DNA of 32,000 nucleotides from Candidatus Saccharimonadota bacterium (GTDB lineage Bacteria; Pseudomonadota; Alphaproteobacteria; Rickettsiales; Anaplasmataceae): NCBI GenBank assembly GCA_029715105.1, contig CP085695.1, positions 450,001 to 482,000 of the forward strand, read 5' to 3'. Shown piece by piece: positions 30,054 to 32,000 of this stretch (position 1 is its first letter; each line of letters starts with the position of its first letter). The notes under the pieces were generated by a model. It saw only the letters and a program-made list of their open reading frames with translations, ran no database searches and was not told where the DNA came from. The position numbers and the translations under genes were made by a program.

Positions 30054-30175
30054 CTCCCTAACCTTTTGGAAGTGTGATTTTTTTGAATATATCTCTATGC
30101 ATCATGAATGCGATAAAAACGGGTTGATTGAATCAAAACTAGTATTCCCCCCTTTTTCTTTCTTTTGTTCTTTTT

Positions 30176-30619
30176 TTAAGAAGGAATTTCCTTCTTCTTC
30201 TCTACAACATCCGCATTTTTGGATGATGATCCTTTTGCCTTAATATCTCTATCAACTAATTCTATCACTGCCATAGAAGCACAATCCCCCCTCCTAGGGT
30301 TAAGCCTTATTATTCTAGAATATCCACCATTGCGACTACAATAACGATCGACTAAAACATTCAATAACTTATTAACTACTAGATTATTATTATAAAGACG
30401 CGAAAGCAATACCCTTCTAGCATACAAAACATTATTCTTATTACTATTTTTTTTAGCAATCGTAATAAGTCTTTCTACATATGGACGAAGCTCTTTAGCT
30501 TTTGCTAAAGTTGTTACAATTTGTTCATGATTAATCAATGAAATAGACAAATTCTTTAACATCGATAATCTATGCCCTGTACAACGGGACAATTTACGCT
30601 TTTTTATTCTATGTTTCAT
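30176..30619 (-). CDS. rplQ: 50S ribosomal protein L17 (bL17)
   Basis: 147 aa starting MKHRIKKRKLSRCTGHRLSMLKNLSISLINHEQIVTTLAKAKELRPYVERLIT, the L17 signature. It lies downstream of rpoA, as in the alpha operon. Confidence 0.93.
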   Translation of the reverse strand: MKHRIKKRKLSRCTGHRLSMLKNLSISLINHEQIVTTLAKAKELRPYVERLITIAKKNSNKNNVLYARRVLLSRLYNNNLVVNKLLNVLVDRYCSRNGGYSRIIRLNPRRGDCASMAVIELVDRDIKAKGSSSKNADVVEKKKEIPS

Positions 30620-30643
30620 ATTTTTTTACAATTTTTTATTATT

Positions 30644-31753
30644 TTAATCCTCATCAATATGATGTCTAGCTAATTCATCTATATTTTTAGGAGGCCAATC
30701 AGGAATAGACATCCCTAAAAACAAACCAAAATTATTTAAAACCGCTTTAATTTCATTCAAAGACTTTCTACCAAAATTAGCAGTCCTAAGCATTTCGCTT
30801 TCTGTTCTCTGTACAAGATCACCTATATAAATAATATTTTCATTTTTTAAACAATTATGCGATCTAACAGAAAGTTCCATTTCATCTACTTTACGTAATA
30901 ATATAGGGTCATAACCCAAATCTCTTCCCTTATTATTACTATAATAACTACCACTACTACTACTAGATAAAGATTGAGATGATCTTCTATGATCCATATC
31001 AGAACAACTACTACTAATAAAAGGCTGAAGTTGCTCCTGTAATATTCTTGCAGCAAAATCAACAGCATGACTTGGAGAAAGTGTACCATCAGTTTCAATC
31101 GATAATACTAATCTATCCTTATCAGTAACTTGACCAACACGACTATTCTCTACTTTATATGAAACTCTATTAATAGGACTATACAAAGCATTAACTGGAA
31201 TGAACCCAACAAGATCTTGCTCGCTCATTAATTTTAAAAATTCATTTTCTTTATACTTAGCAACTGGAAGATATCCCTTTCCACTGGCAATATATATAAT
31301 CATATTAAGCTCTACATTCTGTCCAAGTGTACATATCAATAAATCTTTGTTAATAATAAAACACTGATCATCAGTTTCTATCATTTCAGCAAACACTTGA
31401 CAAGGTCCCTTAACATTCAAACTCAAACATTTATTTGAGACACCATTTAATTTACACCTCAACATACTCATGTTTAACACTATATCGGTTACATCTTCTC
31501 TTACTCCTTTAATCGAAGTAAACTCATGTGTTATACCTTCAATTTTTATTCCATAAACAGCGCTACCTATAAGAGAAGACAACATAACCCGTCTCAATGC
31601 ATTACCAAGCGTCAAAGCAAAACCACTCTCCAATGGCTCCAATACTATATCTCCTTTTTTATCTGAATCACCAGGTATTACTTTAACTGAAGTAGGCTTA
31701 ATTAATCTATTTGAACTACTAAAAATAGAAGCACTATCATCACGCATATACAA
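30644..31753 (-). CDS. rpoA: DNA-directed RNA polymerase subunit alpha
   Basis: 369 aa with NTD motifs [23 protein letters not shown] and CTD motifs [22 protein letters not shown] and [10 protein letters not shown]. The ORF opens TTG-TAT-ATG. The TTG at 31753 lies 6 nt after a GGGGGA SD-like run, and the ATG at 31747 is an alternative start. Confidence 0.95.
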   Translation of the reverse strand: MYMRDDSASIFSSSNRLIKPTSVKVIPGDSDKKGDIVLEPLESGFALTLGNALRRVMLSSLIGSAVYGIKIEGITHEFTSIKGVREDVTDIVLNMSMLRCKLNGVSNKCLSLNVKGPCQVFAEMIETDDQCFIINKDLLICTLGQNVELNMIIYIASGKGYLPVAKYKENEFLKLMSEQDLVGFIPVNALYSPINRVSYKVENSRVGQVTDKDRLVLSIETDGTLSPSHAVDFAARILQEQLQPFISSSCSDMDHRRSSQSLSSSSSGSYYSNNKGRDLGYDPILLRKVDEMELSVRSHNCLKNENIIYIGDLVQRTESEMLRTANFGRKSLNEIKAVLNNFGLFLGMSIPDWPPKNIDELARHHIDED

Positions 31754-31827
31754 AACTAATCCCCCAAAAACACATTATTATCACACACACATATATAAAA
31801 ATTCACAACCCTCTACTATATACTCTG

Positions 31828-32000
31828 TCATACTCTTCTTTTTTTTCTCAATCTACACCCATTATGAGGAATTGCGGTCTTGTCTGCAATTGATGTTACT
31901 GTTAATCCACAAATCTGAAGGGCCTTAACCGCTGCTTCAGCGCCAAAACCTGGACCACAAATAATTACAGAAACAACTTTCATTCCAAATTTCTCTACTG
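31828..32000 (-). CDS. rpsK: 30S ribosomal protein S11 (uS11), C-terminal part (gene runs off the right edge)
   Basis: The reverse complement reads ...[50 protein letters not shown], with the stop TGA at 31828-31830. This is the canonical S11 C-terminus (PHNGCR..K.RRV). It is not in the ORF track because it is truncated. Confidence 0.9.
   Translation of the reverse strand, partial: VEKFGMKVVSVIICGPGFGAEAAVKALQICGLTVTSIADKTAIPHNGCRLRKKRRV

Noticed and set aside
30886-31098. A 70-aa same-strand, alternate-frame ORF inside rpoA (with [10 protein letters not shown] runs).
   Set aside because: It is a frame-shifted reading of the Ser-rich trinucleotide-repeat region of rpoA. It has a nonsensical composition, and the rpoA frame is clearly the real one.
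1-32000. CRISPR arrays, long tandem repeats, IS elements or transposases, prophage genes, rRNA operons and toxin-antitoxin or defence gene pairs.
   Set aside because: Reading both strands, I found no repeat-spacer periodicity, no tandem repeat unit longer than a few nucleotides (only homopolymers and the AGT triplets in rpoA), and no ORF with transposase, integrase, phage or toxin-like motifs.

Overview
This is a 32-kb window from a very AT-rich, gene-sparse Rickettsiales genome. It belongs to the Anaplasmataceae. From memory, GroEL/GroES and the gene content look most like a reduced Wolbachia-type endosymbiont, but no search was possible. I can support 22 protein-coding genes (2 truncated by the window edges) and one tRNA-Cys. 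Almost all are housekeeping: purB', rpmB, lipA, pstS-like, cca, ychF, glpX, ppdK, class-I fba, dnaG, an rpiB-ubiG fusion, pyrF, valS, argD, guaB, ygfZ, groES, groEL, rplQ, rpoA and rpsK'. By my coordinates only about 73% of the window is coding. Eleven spacers of 0.4-1.5 kb contain no credible ORF and are strongly G-depleted on the + strand. I see no rRNA, CRISPR array, IS/transposase, prophage or long tandem repeat. The one clearly non-housekeeping gene is a 300-aa ORF (5231-6133, minus strand) with the Cys-box, WG-box and His-box of an OTU-fold cysteine protease, making it a candidate secreted deubiquitinase. Secondary items: an in-frame RpiB-UbiG fusion, a 1.49-kb ORF-free divergent spacer, unusually long spacers between convergent genes, C10/C8/C6 homopolymer tracts, a GC-rich hairpin island after groEL, a Ser-rich trinucleotide-repeat expansion of the rpoA linker, and a perfect 8+8 palindrome in the dnaG/rpiB divergent region. 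No multi-gene novel system (defence, toxin-antitoxin, secretion) is evident to me.
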